DNA of 39,463 nucleotides from a virus (Duplodnaviria; Heunggongvirae; Uroviricota; Caudoviricetes): IMG/VR virus record IMGVR_UViG_2531839129_000021; one strand, 5' to 3'. Shown piece by piece: positions 1 to 9,217 of this stretch (position 1 is its first letter; each line of letters starts with the position of its first letter). The notes under the pieces were generated by a model. It saw only the letters and a program-made list of their open reading frames with translations, ran no database searches and was not told where the DNA came from. The position numbers and the translations under genes were made by a program.

Positions 1-1284
1 TTACTTCTTCGCCTCTGCAACCACTTTACTACCCACGCCGCGGTTATTGTATTCCCACATGCGGTTGTAGTTAGTGTCATTCAGATTGCGCTGTATTTCG
101 TCGTTATCATCTACGCTGCCGGTATTACCCGCAAACGGACGATTAGAGATCACCGCATCGGCCCACGGTTTAGCCGTGTTAAAACCTTCGTTGATGGCGC
201 TATCACGGATCACCACCTGACCGTTGGTATTGGCATCAACATCCAGCGAGCGGCCCAGTTGCGCCACACCATCACCGAAAGCATTGAAACGGCTGTTTAC
301 GGCGAGGAAACCGTAGTAAATGTTGGACAGCGTAGCCGGTGCAAACACATACGCTTCTTGCTGAGTACGTGAGTTCACCACGCGGAATTCGGTGTTATCG
401 AACACCACTGCGCCGCGACCAGAAACGATATCCACATCCCCTTCAATGTAGCTGTTGGTCACCAGCGTACGCGGCTGACGGTTGGTTTCCAGACGGTTCT
501 GCACACCGCTGTTGGTGACAAAGAAGGTGTTCTGACGACCGAGAATGTTAACGTTGTTAATCTGTACCTGGTCACCATCAGTACGCAGTGCCACCGCCGG
601 ATGGTTACCTGCATCTACGCTATCGCCCAGCGTGTTTTCGATGGTCAGATTTTGCAGTTGCAGGCCATTGTTTTGTGACCAGAAGACCGCAGAGCAGAGA
701 ACACCGATACTGTCGCTGCGTTTGCTCTGGCAGCTATCGTACATATACCACGCTGGTTTACCTGGCATATATTTGCCGCGCGGGTTGACGTCGTGACGCC
801 AGTCGGCAGGGCTCATGCCCCCATCAAGGGAAAGCCCAATCTTCACATCAATCGGTTTTTCACCTGTACCGTACAGAGTAATTCCACCCGGAGCAGCAGG
901 GACATACACCGTTCCCTGATACTCACCAGGCATCACGGCAATATACTGGCGCTTGTTAGTGCGCTTGATAATTGCCGCATCTACCGCCGCCTGAATCGTG
1001 GTATGCGTTACACCTTGAGTACCCGCCGGGCCGACAACAAAGTCAGGTTGCGCAGGCAGGGTAATCGGGGAAGGATTCCACGCTGCAGCACCTGGTGTCA
1101 GGGATGCAAAATAGTGTTGAGCATCGAAATTCTGCGCTTCTTTTGCCGACAGAATCGGGCGAGAAGAGGTACCAGGCGCGGTTTGATCAGAAGGACGTTG
1201 ATCGGGTGGTGTTGAGCTACAGGCGGTCAGCGTCACGCCAAAAGCCAATGCCAGCGCCAGACGGGAAACTGAAAATGTGTTCAC
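1..1284 (-). CDS. ybhC: YbhC, pectinesterase-family outer-membrane lipoprotein (host gene flanking the lambda attachment site)
   Basis: 427-aa ORF; N-terminal signal peptide with lipobox LTAC; recognised as E. coli YbhC, which lies on the gal side of attB-lambda. Confidence 0.85.
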   Translation of the reverse strand: MNTFSVSRLALALAFGVTLTACSSTPPDQRPSDQTAPGTSSRPILSAKEAQNFDAQHYFASLTPGAAAWNPSPITLPAQPDFVVGPAGTQGVTHTTIQAAVDAAIIKRTNKRQYIAVMPGEYQGTVYVPAAPGGITLYGTGEKPIDVKIGLSLDGGMSPADWRHDVNPRGKYMPGKPAWYMYDSCQSKRSDSIGVLCSAVFWSQNNGLQLQNLTIENTLGDSVDAGNHPAVALRTDGDQVQINNVNILGRQNTFFVTNSGVQNRLETNRQPRTLVTNSYIEGDVDIVSGRGAVVFDNTEFRVVNSRTQQEAYVFAPATLSNIYYGFLAVNSRFNAFGDGVAQLGRSLDVDANTNGQVVIRDSAINEGFNTAKPWADAVISNRPFAGNTGSVDDNDEIQRNLNDTNYNRMWEYNNRGVGSKVVAEAKK

Positions 1285-1330
1285 AGGTTGCTCCGGGCTA
1301 TGAAATAGAAAAATGAATCCGTTGAAGCCT

Positions 1331-1418
1331 GCTTTTTTATACTAAGTTGGCATTATAAAAAAGCATTGCTTATCAATTTGTTGCAACGAACAGGTCACTA
1401 TCAGTCAAAATAAAATCA
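1331..1418. other. attL: attL: 15-bp lambda att core GCTTTTTTATACTAA (1331-1345) plus phage P' arm
   Basis: Exact core sequence; downstream matches the lambda P' arm (GTTGGCATTATAAAAAAGCATTGCTTATCAATTTGTTGCAACGAACAGG...) running into int; upstream is host DNA. Confidence 0.9.
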
Positions 1419-2489
1419 TTATTTGATTTCAATTTTGTCCCACTCCCTGCCTCTGTCATCACGATACTGTGATGCCATGGTGTCCGACTTATGCCCGAGA
1501 AGATGTTGAGCAAACTTATCGCTTATCTGCTTCTCATAGAGTCTTGCAGACAAACTGCGCAACTCGTGAAAGGTAGGCGGATCCCCTTCGAAGGAAAGAC
1601 CTGATGCTTTTCGTGCGCGCATAAAATACCTTGATACTGTGCCGGATGAAAGCGGTTCACGACGAGTAGATGCAATTATGGTTTCTCCGCCAAGAATCTC
1701 TTTGCATTTATCAAGTGTTTCCTTCATTGATATCCCGAGAGCATCAACATGCAATGTTGTTGGGATGGCAATTTTTACGCCTGTTTTGCTTTGCTCGACA
1801 TAAAGATATCCATCTACGATATCAGACCACTTCATTTCGCATAAATCACCAACTCGTTGCCCGGTAACAACAGCCAGTTCCATTGCAAGTCTGAGCCAAC
1901 ATGGTGATGATTCTGCTGCTTGATAAATTTTCAGGTATTCGTCAGCCGTAAGTCTTGATCTCCTTACCTCTGATTTTGCTGCGCGAGTGGCAGCGACAGG
2001 GTTTGTTGTTATATGGCCTTCAGCTATTGCCTCTCGGAATGCATCGCTCAGTGTTGATCTGATTAACTTGGCTGACGCCGCCTTGCCCTCGTCTATGTAT
2101 CCATTGAGCATTGCCGCAATTTCTTTTGTGGTGATGTCTTCAAGTGGAGCATCAGGCAGACCCCTCCTTATTGCTTTAATTTTGCTCATGTAATTTATGA
2201 GTGTCTTCTGCTTGATTCCTCTGCTGGCCAGGATTTTTTCGTAGCGATCAAGCCATGAATGTAACGTAACGGAATTATCACTGTTGATTCTCGCTGTCAG
2301 AGGCTTGTGTTTGTGTCCTGAAAATAACTCAATGTTGGCCTGTATGGCTTCAGTGATTGCGATTCGCCTGTCTCTGCCTAATCCAAACTCTTTACCCGTC
2401 CTTGGGTCCCTGTAGCAGTAATATCCATTGTTTCTTATATAAAGGTTAGGGGGTAAATCCCGGCGCTCATGACTTCGCCTTCTTCCCAT
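1419..2489 (-). CDS. int: Lambda-type integrase (tyrosine recombinase)
   Basis: 356-aa ORF recognised as lambda Int (MGRRRSHERRDLPPNLYIRNNGYYCYRDPRTGKEF...); ATG start; adjacent to attL. Confidence 0.95.
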   Translation of the reverse strand: MGRRRSHERRDLPPNLYIRNNGYYCYRDPRTGKEFGLGRDRRIAITEAIQANIELFSGHKHKPLTARINSDNSVTLHSWLDRYEKILASRGIKQKTLINYMSKIKAIRRGLPDAPLEDITTKEIAAMLNGYIDEGKAASAKLIRSTLSDAFREAIAEGHITTNPVAATRAAKSEVRRSRLTADEYLKIYQAAESSPCWLRLAMELAVVTGQRVGDLCEMKWSDIVDGYLYVEQSKTGVKIAIPTTLHVDALGISMKETLDKCKEILGGETIIASTRREPLSSGTVSRYFMRARKASGLSFEGDPPTFHELRSLSARLYEKQISDKFAQHLLGHKSDTMASQYRDDRGREWDKIEIK

Positions 2490-2685
2490 TTCTGATCCTC
2501 TTCAAAAGGCTACCTGTTACTGGTCGATTTAAGTCAACCTTTACCGCTGATTCGTGGAACAGATACTCTCTTCCATCCTTAACCGGAGGAGGGAATATCC
2601 TGCACTCGCGTACCCATCGACGAACTGTTTCAAGGCTTCTTGGGCGTCGCTGGCGTGCGTTCCACTCCTGAAGTGTCAAGTACAT
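2467..2685 (-). CDS. xis: Excisionase
   Basis: 72-aa ORF recognised as lambda Xis (MYLTLQEWNARQRRPRSLETVRRW...); overlaps int start as in lambda. Confidence 0.93.
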   Translation of the reverse strand: MYLTLQEWNARQRRPRSLETVRRWVRECRIFPPPVKDGREYLFHESAVKVDLNRPVTGSLLKRIRNGKKAKS

Positions 2686-2724
2686 CGCAAAGTCTCCGCA
2701 ATTACACGCAAGAAAAAACCGCCA

Positions 2725-2892
2725 TCAGGCGGCTTGGTGTTCTTTCAGTTCTTCAATTCGAATATTGGTTACGTCTGCATGTGCTATCTGCGCCCACAGC
2801 ATCCAGTGGTCATAGCAGTCGCTGATGTTCTCGGCTTCGATAACTCTGTTGAATGGTTCTCCATTCCATTCACCTGTGACTCGGAAGTGCAT
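2725..2892 (-). CDS. Hypothetical small protein (55 aa)
   Basis: ATG-initiated ORF MHFRVTGEWNGEPFNRVIEAENISDCYDHWMLWAQIAHADVTNIRIEELKEHQAA, co-oriented with the early-left operon; below the 60-aa cutoff of the ORF track; no function recognised. Confidence 0.35.
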   Translation of the reverse strand: MHFRVTGEWNGEPFNRVIEAENISDCYDHWMLWAQIAHADVTNIRIEELKEHQAA

Positions 2893-3134
2893 TTATCATC
2901 TCCATAAAACAAAACCCGCCGTAGCGAGTTCAGATAAAAGAAATCCTCGTCAGTGCGAGGATGCTGTTCATTGCTGCTATACACTTTTTTGCTCTCAACG
3001 TAAGCGGTAGCCCATTCTGTTGGGTTGGTGCAGTTGCTTTTAGGAAATGCTATTTACCCCTTAAATGTCGGCTGAAAGAGCTAAAATCCATGCAAAAAAT
3101 TTACGCAATTTTGTGTATTATTGTGCAGTAAGTA

Positions 3135-3737
3135 ATGAGCTATTTTCTGCGCAAAAAATGGATGGTAAATTTGTCCGGGTCAGGAAAAATTTTATGGGCG
3201 CTAAACATGAAAAAAGATTCGTATCCTTATTTGATTTGCATGACAGTTTCAGGGCTGATCTTTATTTTCCTTTTCTTCTGGTGGCGGGCAGATATCTACA
3301 GGGTCACGTTTCTTAATCAGAGTATATCCCACTATTACATTCTGTTTAGCATGGGAATAGCTTTTCTGTTATCTCTGTTTTGGGTTAAGAAGGGGATAGT
3401 AAAACAAAGAGGCTGGAAGAGTCTGTCAGCATACCTTAAGGTTTATGCAGGGATGTGCATATTTGCTGGATTTTTTCTGATTATACCCCTTACGACACTA
3501 ACTTATTTTTTGCCTGGAGAGACATCGTCTTATGTTGCACCGTATCGGTATACTTCCGGTAGTTCAAAAAGTTGTTCTGGAGCTGAGGTGGATGACCCCG
3601 ATCTACATGAGAATATTCGCATTTGCTATCCGTATGGCAATTATGAGTACGATAATATTATCTATGTTGAAAAGAAAATTAATATATTAGGTGCGGTAGT
3701 GACATATGCACAGACCGCGCGTGATGATACTGAATGA
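3135..3737 (+). CDS. Polytopic membrane protein of unknown function (moron; candidate exclusion/defence protein)
   Basis: 200-aa ORF with 3-4 hydrophobic helices and a ~75-aa C-terminal soluble tail; visibly AT-rich; opposite strand to the flanking early-left genes; alternative in-frame ATG starts at 3162 and 3207. Confidence 0.6.
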   Translation: MSYFLRKKWMVNLSGSGKILWALNMKKDSYPYLICMTVSGLIFIFLFFWWRADIYRVTFLNQSISHYYILFSMGIAFLLSLFWVKKGIVKQRGWKSLSAYLKVYAGMCIFAGFFLIIPLTTLTYFLPGETSSYVAPYRYTSGSSKSCSGAEVDDPDLHENIRICYPYGNYEYDNIIYVEKKINILGAVVTYAQTARDDTE

Positions 3738-3771
3738 TATAGTATATAGCGGGCAAGTTTTAGTTAATTTA

Positions 3772-3795
3772 TCGAGGTAATATAATTTACCTCGA
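3772..3795 (+). terminator. Putative hairpin terminator downstream of the membrane-protein gene
   Basis: 9-bp stem TCGAGGTAA/TTACCTCGA with 6-nt loop, followed by a T-rich stretch. Confidence 0.35.
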
Positions 3796-3947
3796 CTCGT
3801 TTGTTCTGGTATTAATGTTTCGCTTTACGACCGATTTTTATCTGATGATATCATGCGGTTTTCATATACTGACTTACTGTCTTTTCTCCGTTAGCGATTT
3901 TCTCCTGCTCAGCGATGATTTTATCTTTGGCTTCTAGTTAATTTCGC

Positions 3948-4169
3948 TCACTTCGAACCTCTCTGTTTACTGATAAGCTCCAGATCCTCCTGGCAACTTG
4001 CACAAGTCCGACAACCCTGAACGACCAGGCGTCTTCGTTCATCTATCGGATCGCCACACTCACAACAATGAGTGGCAGATATAGCCTGGTGGTTCAGGCG
4101 GCGCATTTTTATTGCTGTGTTGCGCTGTAATTCTTCAATTTCTGATGCTGAATCAATGATGTCTGCCAT
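3948..4169 (-). CDS. TraR/DksA-family C4 zinc-finger protein (lambda Orf73-like)
   Basis: 73-aa ORF with CxxC...CxxC motif (CCECGDPI...GCRTCASC) and the basic/acidic N-terminal helix typical of TraR-like RNA-polymerase-binding proteins. Confidence 0.7.
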   Translation of the reverse strand: MADIIDSASEIEELQRNTAIKMRRLNHQAISATHCCECGDPIDERRRLVVQGCRTCASCQEDLELISKQRGSK

Positions 4170-4221
4170 CTTCCATTAATCCCTGAATTGTTGGTTAATA
4201 CGCTTGAGGGTGAATGCGAAT

Positions 4222-4245
4222 AATAAAAAAGGAGCCTGTAGCTCC
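4222..4245 (-). terminator. Putative rho-independent terminator (minus strand)
   Basis: Hairpin GGAGCctgtaGCTCC; on the minus strand it is followed by a T6-8 run (A-run 4223-4230 on the plus strand). Confidence 0.4.
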
Positions 4246-4267
4246 CTGATGATTTTGCTTTTCATGT

Positions 4268-4579
4268 TCATCGTTCCTTAAAGACGCCGTTTAACATGCC
4301 GATTGCCAGGCTTAAATGAGTCGGTGTGAATCCCATCAGCGTTACCGTTTCGCGGTGCTTCTTCAGTACGCTACGGCAAATGTCATCGACGTTTTTATCC
4401 GGAAACTGCTGTCTGGCTTTTTTGATTTCAGAATTAGCCTGACGGGCAATGCTGCGAAGGGCGTTTTCCTGCTGAGGTGTCATTGAACAAGTCCCATGTC
4501 GGCAAGCATAAGCACACAGAATATGAAGCCCGCTGCCAGAAAAATGCATTCCGTGGTTGTCATACCTGGTCTCTCTCAT
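4268..4579 (-). CDS. Lambda orf61-like early-left protein (103-aa ORF; start uncertain)
   Basis: Position and 20-nt overlap with orf63 match lambda orf61; alternative internal start MTPQQ at 4486. Confidence 0.5.
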   Translation of the reverse strand: MRETRYDNHGMHFSGSGLHILCAYACRHGTCSMTPQQENALRSIARQANSEIKKARQQFPDKNVDDICRSVLKKHRETVTLMGFTPTHLSLAIGMLNGVFKER

Positions 4580-4751
4580 CTGCTTCTGCTTTCGCCACCA
4601 TCATTTCCAGCTTTTGTGAAAGGGATGCGGCTAACGTATGAAATTCTTCGTCTGTTTCTACTGGTATTGGCACAAACCTGACTCCAATTTGAGCGAGGCT
4701 ATGTGCCATCTCGATACTCGTTCTTAACTCAACGGGAGATGCTTTGTGCAT
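4560..4751 (-). CDS. Lambda orf63-like protein
   Basis: 63-aa [26 protein letters not shown]... in the lambda orf63 position. Confidence 0.6.
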   Translation of the reverse strand: MHKASPVELRTSIEMAHSLAQIGVRFVPIPVETDEEFHTLAASLSQKLEMMVAKAEADERDQV

Positions 4752-4912
4752 ACAGCTCCCCGTTTATTATTTATCTCCTCAGCCAGCCGCTGTGCTTTCA
4801 GGGGATTTCGGATAACAGAAAGGCCGGGAAATACCCAGCCTCGCTTCGTAACGGAGTAGACGAAAGTGATCGTGCCTACGCGGATATTATCGTGAGGATG
4901 TTTCATCGCCAT
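4724..4912 (-). CDS. Lambda orf60a-like protein
   Basis: 62-aa [29 protein letters not shown]... immediately upstream of exo, as in lambda. Confidence 0.6.
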   Translation of the reverse strand: MAMKHPHDNIRVGTITFVYSVTKRGWVFPGLSVIRNPLKAQRLAEEINNKRGAVCTKHLPLS

Positions 4913-5583
4913 TGCTCCCCAAATACAAAACCAATTTCAGCCAGTGCCTCGTCCATTTTTTCGATGAACTCCGGCACCATCTCGTCAAAACTCGCTATAT
5001 ACTTTTCATTCCGCTCAATCACGACATAATGCAGGCCTTCACGCTTCATACGCGGGTCATAGTTGGCAAAGTACCAGGCATCTTTTCGCGTCACCCACAT
5101 GCTGTACTGCACCTGGGCCATGTAAGCCGACTTTATGGCCTCGAAACCACCGAGCCGGAACTTCATGAAATCCCGGGAGGTAAACGGGCATTTCAGCTCA
5201 AGACCATTGCCGTCACTGCATAAACCATCGGGAGAGCAGGCGGTGCGCATACTTTCGTCGCGATAGATGATCGGGGATTCAGTAACATTAACGCCGGAAG
5301 TGAATTCAAACAGGGTTCTGGCGTCGTTCTCGTACTGTTTTCCCCATGCCAGCGCCTTAGCATTAACTTCCGGAGCCACACCGGTGCAAACCTCGGCAAG
5401 CAGGGTGTGGAAGTAGGACATTTTCATGTCAGGCCAGTTCTTTCCGGAGCGGGGTTTTGCTATCACGTTGTGAACTTCTGAAGCGGTGATGACGCCGAGC
5501 CGTAATTTGTGCCATGCATCATCCCCCTGTTCGACAGCTCTCACGTCGATCCCGGTACGCTGCAGGATAATGTCCGGTATCAT
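4903..5583 (-). CDS. exo: Lambda exonuclease (Red-alpha)
   Basis: 226-aa ORF recognised as lambda Exo (…[37 protein letters not shown]…). Confidence 0.95.
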   Translation of the reverse strand: MIPDIILQRTGIDVRAVEQGDDAWHKLRLGVITASEVHNVIAKPRSGKNWPDMKMSYFHTLLAEVCTGVAPEVNAKALAWGKQYENDARTLFEFTSGVNVTESPIIYRDESMRTACSPDGLCSDGNGLELKCPFTSRDFMKFRLGGFEAIKSAYMAQVQYSMWVTRKDAWYFANYDPRMKREGLHYVVIERNEKYIASFDEMVPEFIEKMDEALAEIGFVFGEQWR

Positions 5584-6365
5584 GCTGCCACCTTCTGCTC
5601 AGTGGCTTTCTGTTTCAGGAATCCAAGAGCTTTCACTGCTTCGGCCTGTGTCAGTTCTGACGATGCGCGAATGTCGCGGCGAAATATCTGGGAACAGAGC
5701 GGCAATAAGTCTTCATCCCATGTTTTATCCAGGGCGATCAGCAGAGTGTTAATCTCCTGCATGGTTTCATCGTTAACCGGAGTGATGTCGCGTTCCGGCT
5801 GACGTTCTGCAGTGTATGCAGTATTTTCGACAATGCGCTCGGCTTCATCCTTGTCATAGATACCAGCAAATCCGAAGGCCAGACGGGCACACTGAATCAT
5901 GGCTTTATGCCGTAACATCCGTTTGGGATGCGACTGCCACGGCCCCGTGATTTCTCTGCCTTCGCGAGTTTTGAATGGTTCGCGGCGGCATTCATCCATC
6001 CATTCGGTAACGCAGATCGGATGATTACGGTCCTTGCGGTAAATCCGGCACGTACATGACTCATTGTCCTGCTCAAAGTCCATGCCATCAAACTGCTGGT
6101 TTTCATTGATGATGCGGGACCAGCCATCAACGCCCACCACCGGAACGATGCCGTTCTGCTTATCAGGGAAGGCGTAAATTTCTTTCGTCCACGGATTAAG
6201 GCCGTACTGGTTGGCGACGATCAGCAATGCGATGAACTGCGCATCGCTGGCATCACCTTTAAATGCCGTCTGACGAAGAGTGGTGATCAGTTCCTGTGGG
6301 TCGACAGAATCCATGCCGACACGTTCAGCCAGCTTCCCTGCCAGCGTTGCGAGTGCAGTACTCAT
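5580..6365 (-). CDS. bet: Red-beta single-strand annealing protein
   Basis: 261-aa ORF recognised as lambda Bet; ATGA overlap with exo. Confidence 0.95.
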   Translation of the reverse strand: MSTALATLAGKLAERVGMDSVDPQELITTLRQTAFKGDASDAQFIALLIVANQYGLNPWTKEIYAFPDKQNGIVPVVGVDGWSRIINENQQFDGMDFEQDNESCTCRIYRKDRNHPICVTEWMDECRREPFKTREGREITGPWQSHPKRMLRHKAMIQCARLAFGFAGIYDKDEAERIVENTAYTAERQPERDITPVNDETMQEINTLLIALDKTWDEDLLPLCSQIFRRDIRASSELTQAEAVKALGFLKQKATEQKVAA

Positions 6366-6370
6366 TCGTT

Positions 6371-6667
6371 TTATACCTCTGAATCAATATCAACCTGGTG
6401 GTGAGCAATGGTTTCAACCATGTACCGGATGTGTTCTGCCATGCGCTCCTGAAACTCAACATCGTCATCAAACGCACGGGTAATGGCTTTTTTGCTGGCC
6501 CCGTGGCGTTGCAAATGATCGATGCATAGCGATTCAAACAGGTGCTGGGGCAGGCCTTTTTCCATGTCGTCTGCCAGTTCTGCCTCTTTCTCTTCACGGG
6601 CGATCTTCTGGTAGTGACGCGCCCAGCTCTGAGCCTCAAGACGATCCTGAATGTAATAAGCGTTCAT
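6371..6667 (-). CDS. gam: Gam, host RecBCD inhibitor (98-aa form)
   Basis: Recognised as lambda Gam from [20 protein letters not shown]...; AGGAG RBS upstream; an in-frame stop 19 codons upstream excludes the long form. Confidence 0.9.
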   Translation of the reverse strand: MNAYYIQDRLEAQSWARHYQKIAREEKEAELADDMEKGLPQHLFESLCIDHLQRHGASKKAITRAFDDDVEFQERMAEHIRYMVETIAHHQVDIDSEV

Positions 6668-6742
6668 GGCTGAACTCCTGAAAATGGCTGTGAAAATATC
6701 GCCCGCGAAATGCCGGGCTGATTAGGAAAACAGGAAAGGGGG

Positions 6743-6886
6743 TTAGTGAATGCTTTTGCTTGATCTCAGTTTCAGTATTAATATCCATTTTTTATAAGCG
6801 TCGACGGCCTCACGAAACATCTTTTCATCGCCAATAAAAGTGGCGATAGTGAATTTAGTCTGGATAGCCATAAGTGTTTGATCCAT
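6743..6886 (-). CDS. kil: Kil (host cell-division inhibitor)
   Basis: 47-aa [50 protein letters not shown]; overlaps cIII by 32 nt as in lambda. Confidence 0.8.
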   Translation of the reverse strand: MDQTLMAIQTKFTIATFIGDEKMFREAVDAYKKWILILKLRSSKSIH

Positions 6887-7019
6887 TTTTTGGGACTCCT
6901 GGCTGATTAAGTATGTCGATAAGGCGTTTCCATCCGTCACGTAATTTACGGGTGATTCGTTCAAGTAAAGATTCGGAAGGGCAGCCAGCAACAGGCCACC
7001 CTGCAATGGCATATTGCAT
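6855..7019 (-). CDS. cIII: CIII (FtsH inhibitor stabilising CII)
   Basis: 54-aa [57 protein letters not shown] read from the minus strand; below the ORF-track size cutoff. Confidence 0.85.
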   Translation of the reverse strand: MQYAIAGWPVAGCPSESLLERITRKLRDGWKRLIDILNQPGVPKNGSNTYGYPD

Positions 7020-7091
7020 GGTGTGCTCCTTATTTATACATAACGAAAAACGCCTCGAGTGAAGCGTTATTGGTATGCGGTAACGCCGCGC

Positions 7092-7460
7092 TCAGGCGGC
7101 TTTGATAGTCATATCATCTGAATCAAATATTCCTGATGTATCGATATCGGTAATTCTTATTCCTTCGCTACCATCCATTGGAGGCCATCCTTCCTGACCA
7201 TTTCCATCATTCCAGTCGAACTCACACACAACACCATATGCATTTAAGTCGCTTGAAATTGCTATAAGCAGAGCATGTTGCGCCAGCATGATTAATACAG
7301 CATTTAATACAGAGCCGTGTTTATTGAGTCGGTATTCAGAGTCTGACCAGAAATTATTAATCTGGTGAAGTTTTTCCTCTGTCATTACGTCATGGTCGAT
7401 TTCAATTTCTATTGATGCTTTCCAGTCGTAATCAATGATGTATTTTTTGATGTTTGACAT
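7092..7460 (-). CDS. ea10: Ea10-like early protein
   Basis: 122-aa ORF in the lambda ea10 position. Confidence 0.75.
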   Translation of the reverse strand: MSNIKKYIIDYDWKASIEIEIDHDVMTEEKLHQINNFWSDSEYRLNKHGSVLNAVLIMLAQHALLIAISSDLNAYGVVCEFDWNDGNGQEGWPPMDGSEGIRITDIDTSGIFDSDDMTIKAA

Positions 7461-7479
7461 CTATTCATATCCTCATAGA

Positions 7480-7506
7480 TAAAAAATCGCCCTCACATTG
7501 GAGGGC
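7480..7506 (-). terminator. Putative rho-independent terminator between ral and ea10 (minus strand; tL2-like)
   Basis: Hairpin GCCCTCcaatgtGAGGGC followed on the minus strand by a T6 run. Confidence 0.4.
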
Positions 7507-7642
7507 AAAGAAGATTTCCAATAATCAGAACAAGTCGGCTCCTGTTTAGTTACGAGCGACATTGCTCCGTGTATTCACTCGTTGGAATGAATACACAGTG
7601 CAGTGTTTATTCTGTTGTTTATGCCAAAGATAAAGGCTACCA

Positions 7643-7843
7643 TCAGGCATCCTTGTTGTTCTGTTTGTCAAGTTCTCTGGCAATCATTGCCGTCGTTCGT
7701 ATTGCCCATTTATCGACATATTTCCCATCTTCCATTACAGGAAACATTTCTTCAGGCTTAACCATGCATTCCGATTGCAGCTTGCATCCATTGCATCGCT
7801 TGAATTGTCCACACCATTGATTTTTATCAATAGTCGTAGTCAT
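7643..7843 (-). CDS. ral: Ral (restriction alleviation)
   Basis: 66-aa ORF MTTTIDKNQWCGQFKRCNGCKLQSECMVKPEEMFPVMEDGKYVDKW... recognised as lambda Ral. Confidence 0.85.
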   Translation of the reverse strand: MTTTIDKNQWCGQFKRCNGCKLQSECMVKPEEMFPVMEDGKYVDKWAIRTTAMIARELDKQNNKDA

Positions 7844-7913
7844 ACGGATAGTCTTGGTATTGTTCCATCACATCCTGAGGATGCTCTTCGAACTCTTCAA
7901 ATTCTTCTTCCAT
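7827..7913 (-). CDS. Lambda orf28-like acidic micro-protein
   Basis: 28-aa ORF MEEEFEEFEEHPQDVMEQYQDYPYDYDY overlapping the ral start, as in lambda. Confidence 0.5.
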   Translation of the reverse strand: MEEEFEEFEEHPQDVMEQYQDYPYDYDY

Positions 7914-8040
7914 ATATCACCTTAAATAGTGGATTGCGGTAGTAAAGATTGTGCCTGTCTTTTAACCACATCAGGCTCGGTGGTTCTCGTGTACCCCTAC
8001 AGCGAGAAATCGGATAAACTATTACAACCCCTACAGTTTG

Positions 8041-8592
8041 ATGAGTATAGAAATGGATCCACTCGTTATTCTCGGACGAGTGTTCAGTAATGAACCTCTG
8101 GAGAGAACCATGTATATGATCGTTATCTGGGTTGGACTTCTGCTTTTAAGCCCAGATAACTGGCCTGAATATGTTAATGAGAGAATCGGTATTCCTCATG
8201 TGTGGCATGTTTTCGTCTTTGCTCTTGCATTTTCGCTAGCAATTAATGTGCATCGATTATCAGCTATTGCCAGCGCCAGATATAAGCGATTTAAGCTAAG
8301 AAAACGCATTAAGATGCAAAACGATAAAGTGCGATCAGTAATTCAAAACCTTACAGAAGAGCAATCTATGGTTTTGTGCGCAGCCCTTAATGAAGGCAGG
8401 AAGTATGTGGTTACATCAAAACAATTCCCATACATTAGTGAGTTGATTGAGCTTGGTGTGTTGAACAAAACTTTTTCCCGATGGAACGGGAAGCATATAT
8501 TATTCCCTATTGAGGATATTTACTGGACTGAATTAGTTGCCAGCTATGATCCATATAATATTGAGATAAAGCCAAGGCCAATATCTAAGTAA
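8041..8592 (+). CDS. sieB: SieB superinfection-exclusion protein
   Basis: Recognised as lambda SieB (MSIEMDPLVILGRVFSNEPLERTMYMIVIWVGLLLL...); first ATG is 8041 (the track start at 8038 is TTG); opposite strand within the pL operon as in lambda. Confidence 0.85.
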   Translation: MSIEMDPLVILGRVFSNEPLERTMYMIVIWVGLLLLSPDNWPEYVNERIGIPHVWHVFVFALAFSLAINVHRLSAIASARYKRFKLRKRIKMQNDKVRSVIQNLTEEQSMVLCAALNEGRKYVVTSKQFPYISELIELGVLNKTFSRWNGKHILFPIEDIYWTELVASYDPYNIEIKPRPISK

Positions 8593-8916
8593 CTAGGTAA
8601 GAGGAATCGATTTTCCCTTAATTTTCTGGCGTCCACTGCATGTTATGCCGCGTTCGCCAGGCTTGCTGTACCATGTGCGCTGATTCTTGCGCTCAATACG
8701 TTGCAGGTTGCTTTCAATCTGTTCGTGGTATTCAGCCAGCACTGTAAGGTCTATCGGATTTAGTGCGCTTTCTACTCGTGATTTCGGTTTGCGATTCAGC
8801 GAGAGAATAGGGCGGTTAACTGGTTTTGCGCTTACCCCAACCAACAGGGGATTTGCTGCTTTCCATTGAGCCTGTTTCTCTGCGCGACGTTCGCGGCGGC
8901 GTGTTTGTGCATCCAT
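8593..8916 (-). CDS. N: N antitermination protein
   Basis: 107-aa ORF MDAQTRRRERRAEKQAQWKAANPLLVGVSAKP... recognised as lambda N. Confidence 0.9.
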   Translation of the reverse strand: MDAQTRRRERRAEKQAQWKAANPLLVGVSAKPVNRPILSLNRKPKSRVESALNPIDLTVLAEYHEQIESNLQRIERKNQRTWYSKPGERGITCSGRQKIKGKSIPLT

Positions 8917-9074
8917 CTGGATTCTCCTGTCAGTTAGCTTTGGTGGTGTGTGGCAGTTGTAGTCCTGAACGAACCCCCCCCGCGATTGGCACATTGGCAG
9001 CTAATCCGGAATCGCACTTCCGGCCAATGCTTCGTTTCGTATCACACACCCCAAAGCCTTCTGCTTTGAATGCT

Positions 9075-9106
9075 GCCCTTCTTCAGGGCTTAATTTTTAA
9101 GAGCAT
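9075..9106 (-). promoter_or_regulatory. nutL: nutL (boxB GCCCTGAAGAAGGGC with upstream boxA-like TGCTCTTAA)
   Basis: Minus-strand reading gives GATGCTCTTAAAAATTAAGCCCTGAAGAAGGGC, a one-base variant of lambda nutL. Confidence 0.75.
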
Positions 9107-9149
9107 CACCTTCATGGTGGTCAGTGCGTCCTGCTGATGGTTTAAAATT

Positions 9150-9217
9150 ACAAGAAAAATTGTATGCTGTAAACAAGAAATATTGTAAAAAGAAGTGTGC
9201 AAAACAAACTCCATTGT
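9150..9217. promoter_or_regulatory. Left operator/pL region with three 14-bp 434-type operators
   Basis: ACAAGAAAAATTGT (9150-9163), ACAAGAAATATTGT (9173-9186), ACAAACTCCATTGT (9204-9217); ACAA-N6-TTGT is the 434 repressor/Cro operator motif. Confidence 0.7.

Noticed and set aside
545-1316. Plus-strand ORFs (545-796, 588-788, 793-1215, 1095-1316) inside ybhC
   Set aside because: Antisense to a well-supported 427-aa host gene; no RBS or coherent domain; typical shadow ORFs of a GC-rich gene.
1670-2193. Plus-strand ORFs 1670-1867 and 1987-2193 within int
   Set aside because: Entirely inside the integrase gene on the opposite strand; no independent support.
2784-2984. 66-aa minus-strand ORF overlapping the 55-aa small ORF
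   Set aside because: Cys/Arg-rich low-complexity end, no RBS, and it overlaps an ATG-initiated ORF with more protein-like composition. Both are low confidence; only 2725-2892 was kept.
5897-6130. Alternative-frame ORFs inside bet and gam (5897-6130, 6325-6639)
   Set aside because: They overlap confidently identified lambda genes on the same strand in other frames, with no RBS or recognisable product.
6371-6724. Long (138-aa) form of Gam with an upstream start
   Set aside because: The upstream in-frame sequence hits a stop 19 codons before MNAYY without an ATG, and the short form has an AGGAG RBS, so only the 98-aa form is encoded.
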